This document shows, piece by piece, positions 1-9,223 of a stretch of 64,000 nt of DNA (its first letter is position 1; each line of letters begins with the position of its first letter). Origin of the DNA: Rhodospirillaceae bacterium (GTDB taxonomy: Bacteria > Pseudomonadota > Alphaproteobacteria > SMXQ01); assembly GCA_947474495.1 (NCBI GenBank), contig CANJIM010000005.1, positions 27 through 64,026 of the forward strand, read 5' to 3'. The notes under the pieces were generated by a model, which ran no database searches, was not told the origin of the DNA, and saw only the letters and a list, made by a program, of their open reading frames with translations. The translations under genes and the position numbers were made by a program.

Positions 1-1
1 G

Positions 2-823
2 TTCCTGCTGGGGCCCGATGCCAATCGACTGACCTTCCGCGTTCAGCAGATGTGCAATTGGCTGCAAGGGCTAGAGAGCTCGACCGATCCCGTGCATACC
101 ACCTTCTTGCATCGCCGCCCGCCGGGCATCGCCAGCCAGCGCTCGGGCGCCGACGTGGCCGCCGTCCGCGGCAACGAGGTGCCGGAGGTTTCGACCGAGC
201 CGACCAGCGTCGGCATGCGCATCTATGCGCTGCACAACGCACCGAACGGCAAAAAGTACCTGCGCGTGAACAACTATGTATATCCGACGGGTGCAACGCC
301 TTCGACTTCGGCGGGCGAGGGTGGCTATCAGGGCCGCTGGTACGTGCCGGTCGACGATTACAGCCACTTCCGCTTCGAGTTCTTCTTCAGCGGCGACAAG
401 CCGCTGGATAAGGAGCGTCTGCGCAAGAACCGCGCTGAAAACGTCGGTCCGGATTTGCGCCATGTCCGCCGCATGGAGAATCGCTACCTGCAGGACCGCC
501 AGCTGATGAAGACCGGTCACTTCACCGGCATGGGCATGCATTTCCCGACGCAGGACGCCTTCGCCATCGAGACCCAGGGGCCAATCCAGGATCGCACCCA
601 GGAAAATCTCGGATCGAGCGACGTGGTGATCGCCTCGGTGCGCAAGATTCTCTTCAAGGCGATCAAGCAGGTCCAGGACGGCAAAGAGGCGCCCGGTCTG
701 ATCCGTACGCCGGCCGACAACCCCTTTGCCGATTTCGTCTGCACCTCGGGCTATATCGAGGACAGCGAAGACGGTCCCAGCTTTTGCCGCCGCTTGCTCG
801 CCAGCAAGACGGCTGCCGAATAA
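2..823 (+). CDS. Rieske-type non-haem iron oxygenase, catalytic (C-terminal) domain; 5' end outside the window
   Basis: The reading frame is open from the window edge, with no stop before 823. It carries the mononuclear-iron motif NWLQGLESSTDPVHTTFLH (N-W-x4-E-x3-D-x2-H-x4-H), the same pattern as the second oxygenase alpha subunit at 47390-48643. Confidence 0.8.
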   Translation, partial: FLLGPDANRLTFRVQQMCNWLQGLESSTDPVHTTFLHRRPPGIASQRSGADVAAVRGNEVPEVSTEPTSVGMRIYALHNAPNGKKYLRVNNYVYPTGATPSTSAGEGGYQGRWYVPVDDYSHFRFEFFFSGDKPLDKERLRKNRAENVGPDLRHVRRMENRYLQDRQLMKTGHFTGMGMHFPTQDAFAIETQGPIQDRTQENLGSSDVVIASVRKILFKAIKQVQDGKEAPGLIRTPADNPFADFVCTSGYIEDSEDGPSFCRRLLASKTAAE

Positions 824-843
824 TTACTTCACGGAGGACGACC

Positions 844-1341
844 ATGAAAAATACGTCGGAAGAGACGATCAACGGTATCAGCCACAGCGGCTTCTATGTC
901 GAGGATCTTGATCGCACGATCGAGTTTTACACCAAGACGATCGGCGCCCGCCTGGCGTGGCGCAACGACAATTCGAAGTATCCGCTGATGAAGATGTACG
1001 TCGGCGATTTCGGCCTCTCGATCATCAAATGGCCGCCGGACGAGCCGCGCATCCGCATTCCGCATGCCATTCACTGGTCGTACCGTGTCGATCCGAAGCG
1101 CTGCGAAGAAACCATCGAATATATCCGCTCGCTCGGCATTCCGGTCGAAGGGCCGGTCGGCCACAAGCGCGAGCCCGGCATCCTCAATTGGTTCTTCCTC
1201 GATCCGGACAATTACCGCGTCGAGATCGAGGCCCGCTTCCCCGATCCTAAGGACGCGGAAGCCGTGCTCGAGCGCAACAAAGAGCATCGCAACGAAGAGA
1301 TGGGCCTGTACGGCGGCGACGCGCATCTGCGCAAGCTGTAA
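844..1341 (+). CDS. VOC (glyoxalase/bleomycin-resistance/extradiol dioxygenase) family protein
   Basis: ATG at 844 is preceded by GGAGGA. The N-terminus ISHSGFYVEDLDRTIEFYTKTIG is typical of the VOC beta-alpha-beta-beta-beta module. The upstream part of ORF 784-1341 overlaps the previous gene and lacks an RBS. Confidence 0.75.
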   Translation: MKNTSEETINGISHSGFYVEDLDRTIEFYTKTIGARLAWRNDNSKYPLMKMYVGDFGLSIIKWPPDEPRIRIPHAIHWSYRVDPKRCEETIEYIRSLGIPVEGPVGHKREPGILNWFFLDPDNYRVEIEARFPDPKDAEAVLERNKEHRNEEMGLYGGDAHLRKL

Positions 1342-1420
1342 GACGAGATCGCGCGGACCCCGGCGCAAGACCGGGGCCGCCCCTTCTATGGGATCAAGCT
1401 TCATGAAAATTGGGGGTTTT

Positions 1421-2569
1421 ATGTATAAAAATCTTTTCGCGAGCGTCGCCCTGGTGGCCGGCCTCGGCCTTTGCGCGGGCGCGTCTGCCGCGGATATTCC
1501 GAAGTCGACGCAGAAGTCGCTCGACGAGCTGAAGCTCGGCGCTGACGCGCTGAACGGCCTGGATGCCGAGCTGGCGGTGCCGCAGGCCTGGATCGACGGC
1601 GCGCGCGCCGAAAAGGAAGCGATCATCTCGGGCACTTGGGAGCCCAAGGAATTTCGCGATATGACCGCGCCGTTCCGCGAGCGCTATCCCTTCGTGAATC
1701 TGAAATACGAACGCTCCGGCACCGCCGGCCGCGGCATGCAGGTGCTGGTGGCGCTCGGCGAAGGCCGCGTCGTCGTCGACGTGGTCACCAGTCTGGCCGA
1801 TGCGGTGTTCGAATATATGGAAGCCAAGGCGCTCGCGCCTCTGCAAGAGCTGCCGACCTATAAAGCCATCGATGCGAAATATCGGGCGGCCGACGGCACC
1901 TGGATCAGCCACAAGCTGTCCTACCGCTGCATGGCCTACAACACCGATACAGTGAAGAAGGCGGACCTGCCGGCGACCTGGGAGGATCTCGTCAACAACC
2001 CACGTTGGGCCGGCGGCAAGCTGGCGCTGACCAACAATCCGAGCACCTGGCTGCTCGGCCTGTGGGGCGACAAGGGCGAGAAGTGGGGCGAGGAGTTCAC
2101 CAAGGCGCTATTTGAGAAGCTCAAGCCGCAGCGCCGCAAGGAAGGCCTGACGGCGCTGACCGGCCTGACCGTCGCCGGCGAGTTCGACATGAGCCTGCCG
2201 TCGCCGGAATGGGTCGCGGAGCGTTACGCCAAGAAGGGTGCGCCGCTCGGCTATCATTGCCCGAGCCCGGTGCCGATCACCGTCTCCGGCATCGCCATCA
2301 TCGACAAGAGCCCGCGCAAGAACGCGGCCCGCTTGTTTGTCAATTGGCTGGAAAGCAAAGAGGGCCAGATCGTGCAATATACGACGACCCTCGCCGTGCC
2401 GGTTCACAAGGACCTGCAGGACCCGCGCTTCGTGCCGTTCGCCGACACGATCGTTGGCAAGCCGGCCAACGTGCGCGACGATGCCTTGCTGCTCAGCGAT
2501 ACGAACAAGAAAATGGGCGATCTGTGGGACAGCTACTGGACCTCTGGCGTCGCTGGTACAAAGCCGTAA
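1421..2569 (+). CDS. Periplasmic solute-binding protein (ABC-type, PBP2 fold), orphan
   Basis: Signal peptide MYKNLFASVALVAGLGLCAGASAADIP. An alternative ATG lies at 1403. The long upstream extension of ORF 1064-2569 is Arg/Ser-rich shadow sequence. No permease or ATPase gene is adjacent. Confidence 0.7.
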   Translation: MYKNLFASVALVAGLGLCAGASAADIPKSTQKSLDELKLGADALNGLDAELAVPQAWIDGARAEKEAIISGTWEPKEFRDMTAPFRERYPFVNLKYERSGTAGRGMQVLVALGEGRVVVDVVTSLADAVFEYMEAKALAPLQELPTYKAIDAKYRAADGTWISHKLSYRCMAYNTDTVKKADLPATWEDLVNNPRWAGGKLALTNNPSTWLLGLWGDKGEKWGEEFTKALFEKLKPQRRKEGLTALTGLTVAGEFDMSLPSPEWVAERYAKKGAPLGYHCPSPVPITVSGIAIIDKSPRKNAARLFVNWLESKEGQIVQYTTTLAVPVHKDLQDPRFVPFADTIVGKPANVRDDALLLSDTNKKMGDLWDSYWTSGVAGTKP

Positions 2570-2598
2570 GAAACCAACCGCGTTTTCTATTATGATCC

Positions 2599-2629
2599 AC
2601 GGCGCCCGGATGGTTCATCCGGGCGCCGT
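2599..2629 (+). terminator. Perfect 13-bp stem hairpin between the SBP and LigB-like genes (weak terminator, attenuator or mRNA stabiliser)
   Basis: ACGGCGCCCGGAT-ggttc-ATCCGGGCGCCGT, followed only by CATTTG, so the U-tract is poor. Confidence 0.4.
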
Positions 2630-2649
2630 CATTTGCCGGGAGCCGAAAG

Positions 2650-3663
2650 TTGGCCAAGATCGTTTATGGGTTCGGATCGTCGCATGGGCCGCTGCTGTCG
2701 ACCCCGCCGGAAAAATGGGATCTACGCGCGGCGGATGACCGCCTGAGCCTGCGGCATCCCTACCGCAGCAAGATTTACACCTTTCCCGAGTTGGTCGAAG
2801 CGCGGCGCGGCGAGAAGGATTTCGTACAGGAATCGTCGCTCGAAGTTCGCCAGGAGCGTCATGCGCGCAACCAGAAGGCGCTCGACACGCTGGCCGCCAA
2901 GCTCGAGCAGGTGAACCCGGACATCGTCGTGGTGGTCGGCGACGATCAGCACGAATGGTTCTTCGACGACGTGCAGCCGTCCTTCACGGTCTATTGCGGC
3001 AAAGAGGTCATTAATACCAAGATCGACCAGGAGCGCATGAAGACCAAGAGCCCCGGCATCGCGCTCGCCATGTCGGCGAGCCAGCCGCCGGAGGATCAGA
3101 CCTATCCGGTGCCACAGAGCCTCGCCGAGCGGATCATTGAGCAGTCGATCCTCGACGAGTTCGACGTAGCCGCCTCGATGAAGCAGCGCGCCAATGAGAA
3201 GGGCGTCATCGGCATCGGCCACGCCGTCGGCTTCATCTACCGCCGTATCCTGAAGGACAAACCGATCCCGGTCATACCGATCCTGCTCAACACCTATTTC
3301 CCGCCCAACCAGCCGACTGCCAAGCGCTGCTTCGAGTTCGGCCAGTCGATCGGCCGCGCCATCACCAGTTGGGGCGAGGACAAGCGCGTCGCCATCTGCG
3401 CCTCAGGCGGCATCAGCCATTTCGTCATCGACGAGGATTTCGACCGCCGCATGCTGACGGCGATGCAGAACCGCGACACGGCGACGATCTTCGCCGAACC
3501 GCACAGCATGTTCCGCTCCGGCACCTCGGAGACGAAGAACTGGATCACCGTCGCCGGCATCCTCGCCGAGACGAGCCTGCGGATGAATTTGATCGATTAC
3601 GTGCCAGCCTGCCGCTCGGAAGGCGGCACCGGTTGCGGCATGGCCTTCGCCAGTTGGGAGTAA
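2650..3663 (+). CDS. Class III extradiol ring-cleavage dioxygenase, LigB family
   Basis: TTG start with GGGAG 8 nt upstream. The N-terminus AKIVYGFGSSHGP resembles the LigB/protocatechuate 4,5-dioxygenase beta-subunit start (G-x-x-SSH). Length is 337 aa. No LigA-like small subunit gene is seen. Confidence 0.7.
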   Translation: MAKIVYGFGSSHGPLLSTPPEKWDLRAADDRLSLRHPYRSKIYTFPELVEARRGEKDFVQESSLEVRQERHARNQKALDTLAAKLEQVNPDIVVVVGDDQHEWFFDDVQPSFTVYCGKEVINTKIDQERMKTKSPGIALAMSASQPPEDQTYPVPQSLAERIIEQSILDEFDVAASMKQRANEKGVIGIGHAVGFIYRRILKDKPIPVIPILLNTYFPPNQPTAKRCFEFGQSIGRAITSWGEDKRVAICASGGISHFVIDEDFDRRMLTAMQNRDTATIFAEPHSMFRSGTSETKNWITVAGILAETSLRMNLIDYVPACRSEGGTGCGMAFASWE

Positions 3664-3668
3664 GCCTT

Positions 3669-4664
3669 ATGAAATTGCAGCTCAGCGTCGCCATGGCGAA
3701 CAATCCGCGCACCCGCCCGATCATCGAGGGCAAGGTGAAGCCGGATGGTATCGAGTTCATCTGCTCCGAGCTGCATGCCTCCGAGCTGTTCTGGCGCCAG
3801 CTCAAGTTCGGCGATTTCGACGTGTCGGAAATGTCGATGTCGTCGCTGATGATGGCGGTGGCCGGCGGCGACGACCGTTGGGTCGCCATGCCGATCTTCA
3901 CCACACGCCGGATGTTCCAGGTCGGCGTGCTGGTGCGCAAGGATCGCGGCATCGACAAGCCCGCCGATCTCAAGGGCAAGAAGATGGGCGTGCCGGAGTA
4001 TCAGCAGACGGCGGCGCTGTGGACGCGCGGCTACCTGCAGCATGAATACGACGTGCATCCGCGCGACATGGAATTCTGGATGGAGCGTAACGACGACCAT
4101 AGCCAGGGGGCCGTGGTCGGCTTCACGCCGCCGAAAGACGTGAAGGTCAATTACATCCCGAACGACACCAACATGGGGCAGATGCTGCTCGACGGGAAGC
4201 TCGACGGCGCGCTGCGCTATCTCGCGGGCACCAACAACCTGGTCGATCGCTCATCGGTCGATCTCTACAAGCACCCCGATTTCAAAACAGTGTTCCCCGA
4301 TCCGCATGCCGAGGGCGTGCGTTTCTACGAGAAGACCGGGATTTATCCGATCAACCATTGCATGGTGGTCAAGCGCGAGATCGCCGACCGCCATCCGTGG
4401 GTCGTGCTCAACATCTTCAAGGCCTTCGTGAAGGCCAATGAGATCGCCGAAAAGGCGCGTAAGGAAGCGGTCGAGTACCACTTGGAGACGGGGCTGTTGC
4501 CAGCCAGCGCCCGCAAGGCACTGGCGACGCCGATCATCCAGCATGGCATTGCCGCCAACCGCAAAACGCTGGAGACCACGGCGCAATATTCCTTCGAGCA
4601 GGGGCTGACGCCCCGCCTCGTCAAGATCGAAGAGCTCTTCGCGCCGTCGACGATCGAACAGTAG
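3669..4664 (+). CDS. 4,5-dihydroxyphthalate decarboxylase-like (PhtD / NMT1-type binding-protein fold) protein
   Basis: ATG lies 5 nt after the LigB-like stop, with GGGAG upstream. The N-terminus MKLQLSVAMANNPRTRPIIEGKVKPDGIEF...FDVSEMSMSS matches my recollection of PhtD-type decarboxylases. No signal peptide. Confidence 0.55.
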   Translation: MKLQLSVAMANNPRTRPIIEGKVKPDGIEFICSELHASELFWRQLKFGDFDVSEMSMSSLMMAVAGGDDRWVAMPIFTTRRMFQVGVLVRKDRGIDKPADLKGKKMGVPEYQQTAALWTRGYLQHEYDVHPRDMEFWMERNDDHSQGAVVGFTPPKDVKVNYIPNDTNMGQMLLDGKLDGALRYLAGTNNLVDRSSVDLYKHPDFKTVFPDPHAEGVRFYEKTGIYPINHCMVVKREIADRHPWVVLNIFKAFVKANEIAEKARKEAVEYHLETGLLPASARKALATPIIQHGIAANRKTLETTAQYSFEQGLTPRLVKIEELFAPSTIEQ

Positions 4665-4681
4665 GGAATATCAAGGACCCC

Positions 4682-5059
4682 ATGGCTGACACGGACAACA
4701 ACCCAACGCCGGTGAAGCCGGGCGACATCCTCTGCCGTCTTGAGGAGATGACGGAAGCAGAGTCGCGCGTCTTCCTGCTTCAGTTCGACGATGGCGAGGA
4801 GGTCGAGTTCTTCATCGTGCGACGTGGCGGTGCTGTGCATGCCTATCTCAACAATTGCCCGCACGAGGACCGCTGGCTGCAATGGGAAGGCGACTCCTTC
4901 CTGACGCCGGAGGGTGGCACCATTCTGTGCCAGGCGCATGGCGCCACCTTCGACATCGAGAGCGGCCAGCCGCTCACCGGCCCGGCGCTCTATAGCGGTT
5001 GCTTGACGCGGGTGCCGATCGAGATCGCCGCTGGCGAGGTTCGTCTCGCCCCGCGCTAA
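4682..5059 (+). CDS. Small Rieske [2Fe-2S] domain protein
   Basis: C-P-H ... C-Q-A-H ligand pairs (CPHEDRW...ILCQAHGATF). 125 aa. Confidence 0.8.
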   Translation: MADTDNNPTPVKPGDILCRLEEMTEAESRVFLLQFDDGEEVEFFIVRRGGAVHAYLNNCPHEDRWLQWEGDSFLTPEGGTILCQAHGATFDIESGQPLTGPALYSGCLTRVPIEIAAGEVRLAPR

Positions 5060-5088
5060 GCCTCAACGTTCAGCCGTGCGGCTCTTCT

Positions 5089-6363
5089 TTAGACCGCATG
5101 CGTGACGGCAGCGGGAGCGGCTGATGGCCGCTCCAATTCGTGGCTGACCATATGGAGCCGGCGAATGAGTTCGCGGACGCCAGGCGAGACGGACGCGTCG
5201 GAGCGGGTCGTCACGCCGATGGCCCGTTCGGTGTCGGCCAGCCCGTCCACCCGCAGCGCCGCGAGAATGCCGAAATCCAAGTCGTAATGGACTTGCCCCG
5301 GGGATATCAGTGTCAGGTAATTGCTGTCGAGCAGCAGCGCCCGCGTCGCGCTGAGCGAGCTCGATTCGATGATCTTGCGCGGCGGCGTCACGTCATTCTT
5401 GAGGAACAGCGCCTCGAACAGATTGCGTGTCGGGGCGACGCGGCTCGGCGTGCTGCGGCAGGGCAGAACCCATGCATGATCGGCGACATCGCGCAAGGTC
5501 AGGGCGCTGCGCTTGACCAGCGGGTTGTGGACGCCGGCGACGATGGCAAGGGGCTCGCGGAACAGCACTTCCTCGGTCACGTCGGGAGCGGGGGCGGGGT
5601 TGCGCAGCGCGCCGACGATCACGTCGAGATCGCCGCAGCGCAGGGCCGATAGCAAGGTGCTGTAAGGGCCATCCACCATGGTGAATTCCAGATTGGGATA
5701 GCCGGAGGACATTTGCGCGATAGCGCGCGGCAAGATGTAGGTGCTGGATAGCGCCAGGGCGCCGACCATCACGCGGCCCGAGAGATTGCCCTGGACGGCG
5801 GCGAGGTCGCTATGGGCGAATCGCAGTTCGGCGAAGGCGAGCTTGGCATAACGCACCAGCACTTCGCCGCTGGCCGACAGGGAGATCCCGCTCGGGCGAT
5901 GCTCGACGAGCGGCTCGCCGACCAAGCCGCGCAGCTCGCGCAGAGCGTGCCACACGACCGATTGCGAATAGCCGGTATCTTGCGAGGCGTATTGCACGCT
6001 ACGCCGTTCTGCGACGCTCACCAGCGTCACCAGCTGCTGGCGTGTGATGCGGCGGTGCAGGCCGCGGATATTGTCCCTAACCGCCTGATCGCTCGCATTA
6101 CGCGCGATCTCGGTTTCGGCGGCGAGCAGCAGGTTCATGGCGCGCCGCACACGGCCGCAGAAAATGTCCCCGAGCTCGGTCAGCACCATGCCCTTGGAGC
6201 GCCGGTTGAACAAGACGACGCCGAGGCGTTCTTCGATCAGCTTGATGGCGTGGCTGACGGCGGGCTGGGTGAGATTGAGCGCGCGCGCCGCCTGGTTGGT
6301 GCTGCCGTAATCCGCAGCGGCGAGCAGCGCCCAAAAAGCACGGAATCTCAGCGTGTCATCCAT
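5089..6363 (-). CDS. LysR-family transcriptional regulator with two tandem N-terminal HTH modules
   Basis: HTH 1 (aa 5-64) includes STNQAARALNLTQPAVSHAIKLIEERLGVVLFNR. A second LysR-like HTH (aa 106-165) includes SVQYASQDTGYSQSVVWHALRELRGLVGEPLVEH. A LysR substrate-binding domain follows. Total length is 424 aa, against about 300 for a typical LysR. Confidence 0.8.
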   Translation of the reverse strand: MDDTLRFRAFWALLAAADYGSTNQAARALNLTQPAVSHAIKLIEERLGVVLFNRRSKGMVLTELGDIFCGRVRRAMNLLLAAETEIARNASDQAVRDNIRGLHRRITRQQLVTLVSVAERRSVQYASQDTGYSQSVVWHALRELRGLVGEPLVEHRPSGISLSASGEVLVRYAKLAFAELRFAHSDLAAVQGNLSGRVMVGALALSSTYILPRAIAQMSSGYPNLEFTMVDGPYSTLLSALRCGDLDVIVGALRNPAPAPDVTEEVLFREPLAIVAGVHNPLVKRSALTLRDVADHAWVLPCRSTPSRVAPTRNLFEALFLKNDVTPPRKIIESSSLSATRALLLDSNYLTLISPGQVHYDLDFGILAALRVDGLADTERAIGVTTRSDASVSPGVRELIRRLHMVSHELERPSAAPAAVTHAV

Positions 6364-6580
6364 TTGCGTTCGCGCGGACGGGAGCGCGGATACCGCGCGA
6401 CCATCCGATCGCCTCCCTGAAGAGCCCGCTGGACATATTCCGCAGGTCTTTTTTATAGAATCCTTGGAAGAATTTTTAACGCCGATGACCGAATAACGCC
6501 ATTTTTATTCCGTCTTTTAAGGGCTTTTCCGGACGATCTTTGATTCTCTTTATATATCGGCGCGGAAAATTAATATCTGG

Positions 6581-8428
6581 CTAGGTCGAGCGGTGCGGGT
6601 CGGTCAAGGGTTCGTGGAAATCCTGGACGGCTGCCGGTTGCGCCGTGGTGATGGCGTCGGTTTGGCGCTCGATCATGCGGTGCACGCGCGGCGTTTCGGC
6701 GCCCTTATGCAGCAGGCGCAGCTCCTCGCTGATCGTGGCATCGCCCTCGGTGATGCGGTTGTTGTGGCGGATGTAATCCAGCCATGTCGGCGTATGGTAA
6801 CGCTCGATCCATATCTCTGGATCGTTGAGATCGCGCAGCAGTGTCCAATTGCGCGCGCCGTCGCGTTTGCGAATGCGGCGGCGCTCGGCCATCACGCGCA
6901 GGAAGGTGACCAAGTCTTCCTCGCGAATCCTGTATTCGATGGTGATGACCACGGGACCGCTGCGTGGTTCGATATGTAGAGCGATCTCTGGTTCCTTGAA
7001 GCGATTCAATGGATCGAGTTTGAGGCCGGCGAGCTGGGGCAGCGGCAGCCAGAAGCCGAGCGTGAGATTGGTCAGCAGCACGGCGGCGGCGGCGCAGAGC
7101 GCGATGGGAATGCCGTGAAATTCCGCGACGAGGCCCCAGCACCAGCTGCCAAGCGCCATGCCGCCGAAGGCCGACATCTGGTAGAGCGATAGCGAGCGCG
7201 CCACGACCCAGCGCGGTGCCGACATCTGCACCGAGGTGTTGAACGTCGAGAGCGCAAGCACCCAGCCGGCGCCGGCGAACAGGAAGCCGGCCATGGTCAG
7301 CAGCAGGTAGGGGCTAAAAGCGGCAAGCAAGGTGGCGGCGGCGAAGAACAGGCAGGCGCAGCGCACGACGCCTTCGATCGAGAAGCGTTGGCGCAGCTTG
7401 TCGCTGGAGACGGCACCGCAAACCGCGCCGACACCGTAGGCACCGAGCAGCAGGCCGTAGCCCAAGGGACCGCTGGTGACGTGGTCGCGGGCGATCAAGG
7501 GCATCAGGGCCTGCACGGCGACGGCGGCGAAGCCGAAGATGGCGCTGCGCAGCATGATGACGCGCAGATGCGGCGACATGGAAACATAGCGGATGCCCGA
7601 TCCCATGGCGGTGGCGAGTGGTTCGGCCGGCAGCATTTGTGGCGGCCGGGTGGGCCTCCAGCGCGCGAGGACGAAGATCAGGCCGATGTAGCTCAGCGCG
7701 TTGAGCGCGAAGGCGAAAGCGGCGCCGACTGCCGCGACGATGGCGCCGCCGACGGCCGGGCCGACACTGCGTGCGATGTTGAAGCCCATACTGTTGAGCG
7801 CGACAGCGCTCGGCAGATCGCTACGCGGCACCATCTCGCCGACCGACGCCTGCCAGGCCGGGCCGTTGAAGGCGCTGCCGCAGCCGATCAGGAAGGTGAA
7901 CAGGATCAGCAGCCAGGGCGTGACGACACCGCCCCAGGTGACGGCGGCCAGCGCCACCGAAGCGACGAGCATGAAGCTCTGGGCCGTCAGCATGATTTTG
8001 CGGCGGTCGAGGGTATCGGCGAGCGCACCAGCCATCAGCGAGAACAACATGATGGGCGCAGTGACCGAAGCCTGGATCAGCGCCACCGTGTCGGCTTCCT
8101 TGGCAATCGAGGCCATCAGCCAAGCGGCGCCGACCGATTGGATCATGCCGCCGAAATTCGAGCCCATGCTGGCGAGCCAGACGGCGCGGAAGATCGGATG
8201 TTTGAGCGGCGCCAAGACGCTGCTTGGCGGGCCTTTCGGCTTATCGGCGGGGATGGCAACCACGGGCGGGGGCGTCTCGATCTGGCTCAAGGGGAGGGGA
8301 ATTCTCCCCTCGCGGCGGCCAGGGCGGCCGTGCGATGTCAGGAGGGGAACGCTTGAGGGCGCTACGGGTTCGCCGAGCCTATCAGTTAATGGCAACTGGC
8401 GAAAACCATGCCGGCCCTCCGGCGGCAT
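6581..8428 (-). CDS. MFS transporter (12-TM, EntS/MFS_3-like) with a soluble C-terminal domain of about 135 aa
   Basis: Hydrophobic core from about aa 75 to 470. The C-terminal segment VVITIEYRIREEDLVTFLRVMAERRRIRKRDGARNWTLLRDLNDPEIWIERYHTPTWLDYIRHN looks like a dimeric alpha/beta-barrel (ABM-like) domain. The start is uncertain because the N-terminal 70 aa are Pro/Arg-rich. Confidence 0.75.
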   Translation of the reverse strand: MPPEGRHGFRQLPLTDRLGEPVAPSSVPLLTSHGRPGRREGRIPLPLSQIETPPPVVAIPADKPKGPPSSVLAPLKHPIFRAVWLASMGSNFGGMIQSVGAAWLMASIAKEADTVALIQASVTAPIMLFSLMAGALADTLDRRKIMLTAQSFMLVASVALAAVTWGGVVTPWLLILFTFLIGCGSAFNGPAWQASVGEMVPRSDLPSAVALNSMGFNIARSVGPAVGGAIVAAVGAAFAFALNALSYIGLIFVLARWRPTRPPQMLPAEPLATAMGSGIRYVSMSPHLRVIMLRSAIFGFAAVAVQALMPLIARDHVTSGPLGYGLLLGAYGVGAVCGAVSSDKLRQRFSIEGVVRCACLFFAAATLLAAFSPYLLLTMAGFLFAGAGWVLALSTFNTSVQMSAPRWVVARSLSLYQMSAFGGMALGSWCWGLVAEFHGIPIALCAAAAVLLTNLTLGFWLPLPQLAGLKLDPLNRFKEPEIALHIEPRSGPVVITIEYRIREEDLVTFLRVMAERRRIRKRDGARNWTLLRDLNDPEIWIERYHTPTWLDYIRHNNRITEGDATISEELRLLHKGAETPRVHRMIERQTDAITTAQPAAVQDFHEPLTDPHRST

Positions 8429-8541
8429 ATTTACCGGTCGTCGGCGCTATAAATTTTCCATAAGTCCTTCGATCCAACTGGAAATTCGCCCTCCGCTGGA
8501 AGAAGTTGTCGGCCACGATTGCCTCCTAATCGAAGGACCTG

Positions 8542-9210
8542 ATGAGCATGGAAGACCCGATCACCACGCGCTTGCTGCGGCTCGACGCCTGCGCATTGTC
8601 CGACGCCTCCGACAAGCTCGGCATCACGGCCTGCGTGACAGGGCTGCTGCCCCTGTCCGCGGCGCGCAAGATCGCCGGCCGCGTCCACACGGTCAAACTG
8701 GTGAAAGCGGCGGACGCCCCGGCCACGTCTGGCGCGCCGGTGCATCTCGGCTCCAAGGCGATCATGGCCTGCCAGCCGGGTGAGATTATCGTCGTCGAGC
8801 AGAACACCGGCCTCGATGCCGGATCTTGGGGCGGCATTCTGTCGATGGGCGCGAAAGTGCGCGGTGTCGGCGGCGTGATCGCCAGCGGCCCGGTGCGCGA
8901 TATCGACGAGGCCAAGCAGATGGATTTCGCGGTCTACGCGCCGCGCACCACGGCGCGCACGGCGCGCGGCCGCGTCGTCGAAGCGGCGACCGATGGGCCG
9001 ATCACGGTGGGCGAGGTCACGGTCAATGCCGGCGATTACGTGCTGGCCGACGGCAGCGCTGTCGTCTTCGTCAGCGCGGCCAACGCGGAAAAAGTCGTCG
9101 GCGAGGCGGAGAAAATCGCCAAGCGCGAGGCCGTCATGGCCAAGGCGCTGATGGACGGCAAGCCGATCACCGAAGTGATGGGCGCCGACTACGAACATAT
9201 GCTGCGTTAA
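8542..9210 (+). CDS. RraA-fold protein (RraA / 4-hydroxy-4-methyl-2-oxoglutarate aldolase family), paralogue 1
   Basis: LDACALSDASDKLG ... GSWGGILSMGAKVRGVGGVIASGPVRDIDE. It carries the G-x20-RD signature typical of the family. Confidence 0.8.
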   Translation: MSMEDPITTRLLRLDACALSDASDKLGITACVTGLLPLSAARKIAGRVHTVKLVKAADAPATSGAPVHLGSKAIMACQPGEIIVVEQNTGLDAGSWGGILSMGAKVRGVGGVIASGPVRDIDEAKQMDFAVYAPRTTARTARGRVVEAATDGPITVGEVTVNAGDYVLADGSAVVFVSAANAEKVVGEAEKIAKREAVMAKALMDGKPITEVMGADYEHMLR

Positions 9211-9223
9211 GAACGGGGACATC

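Noticed and set aside
6449-6545. Series of T-tracts (starting near 6449, 6473, 6502, 6515, 6525 and 6539) upstream of the LysR gene, suggesting phased curved DNA
   Set aside because: The spacings (24, 29, 13, 10 and 14 bp) are not consistently helical-phase. Without a curvature calculation this is only an AT-rich promoter spacer.
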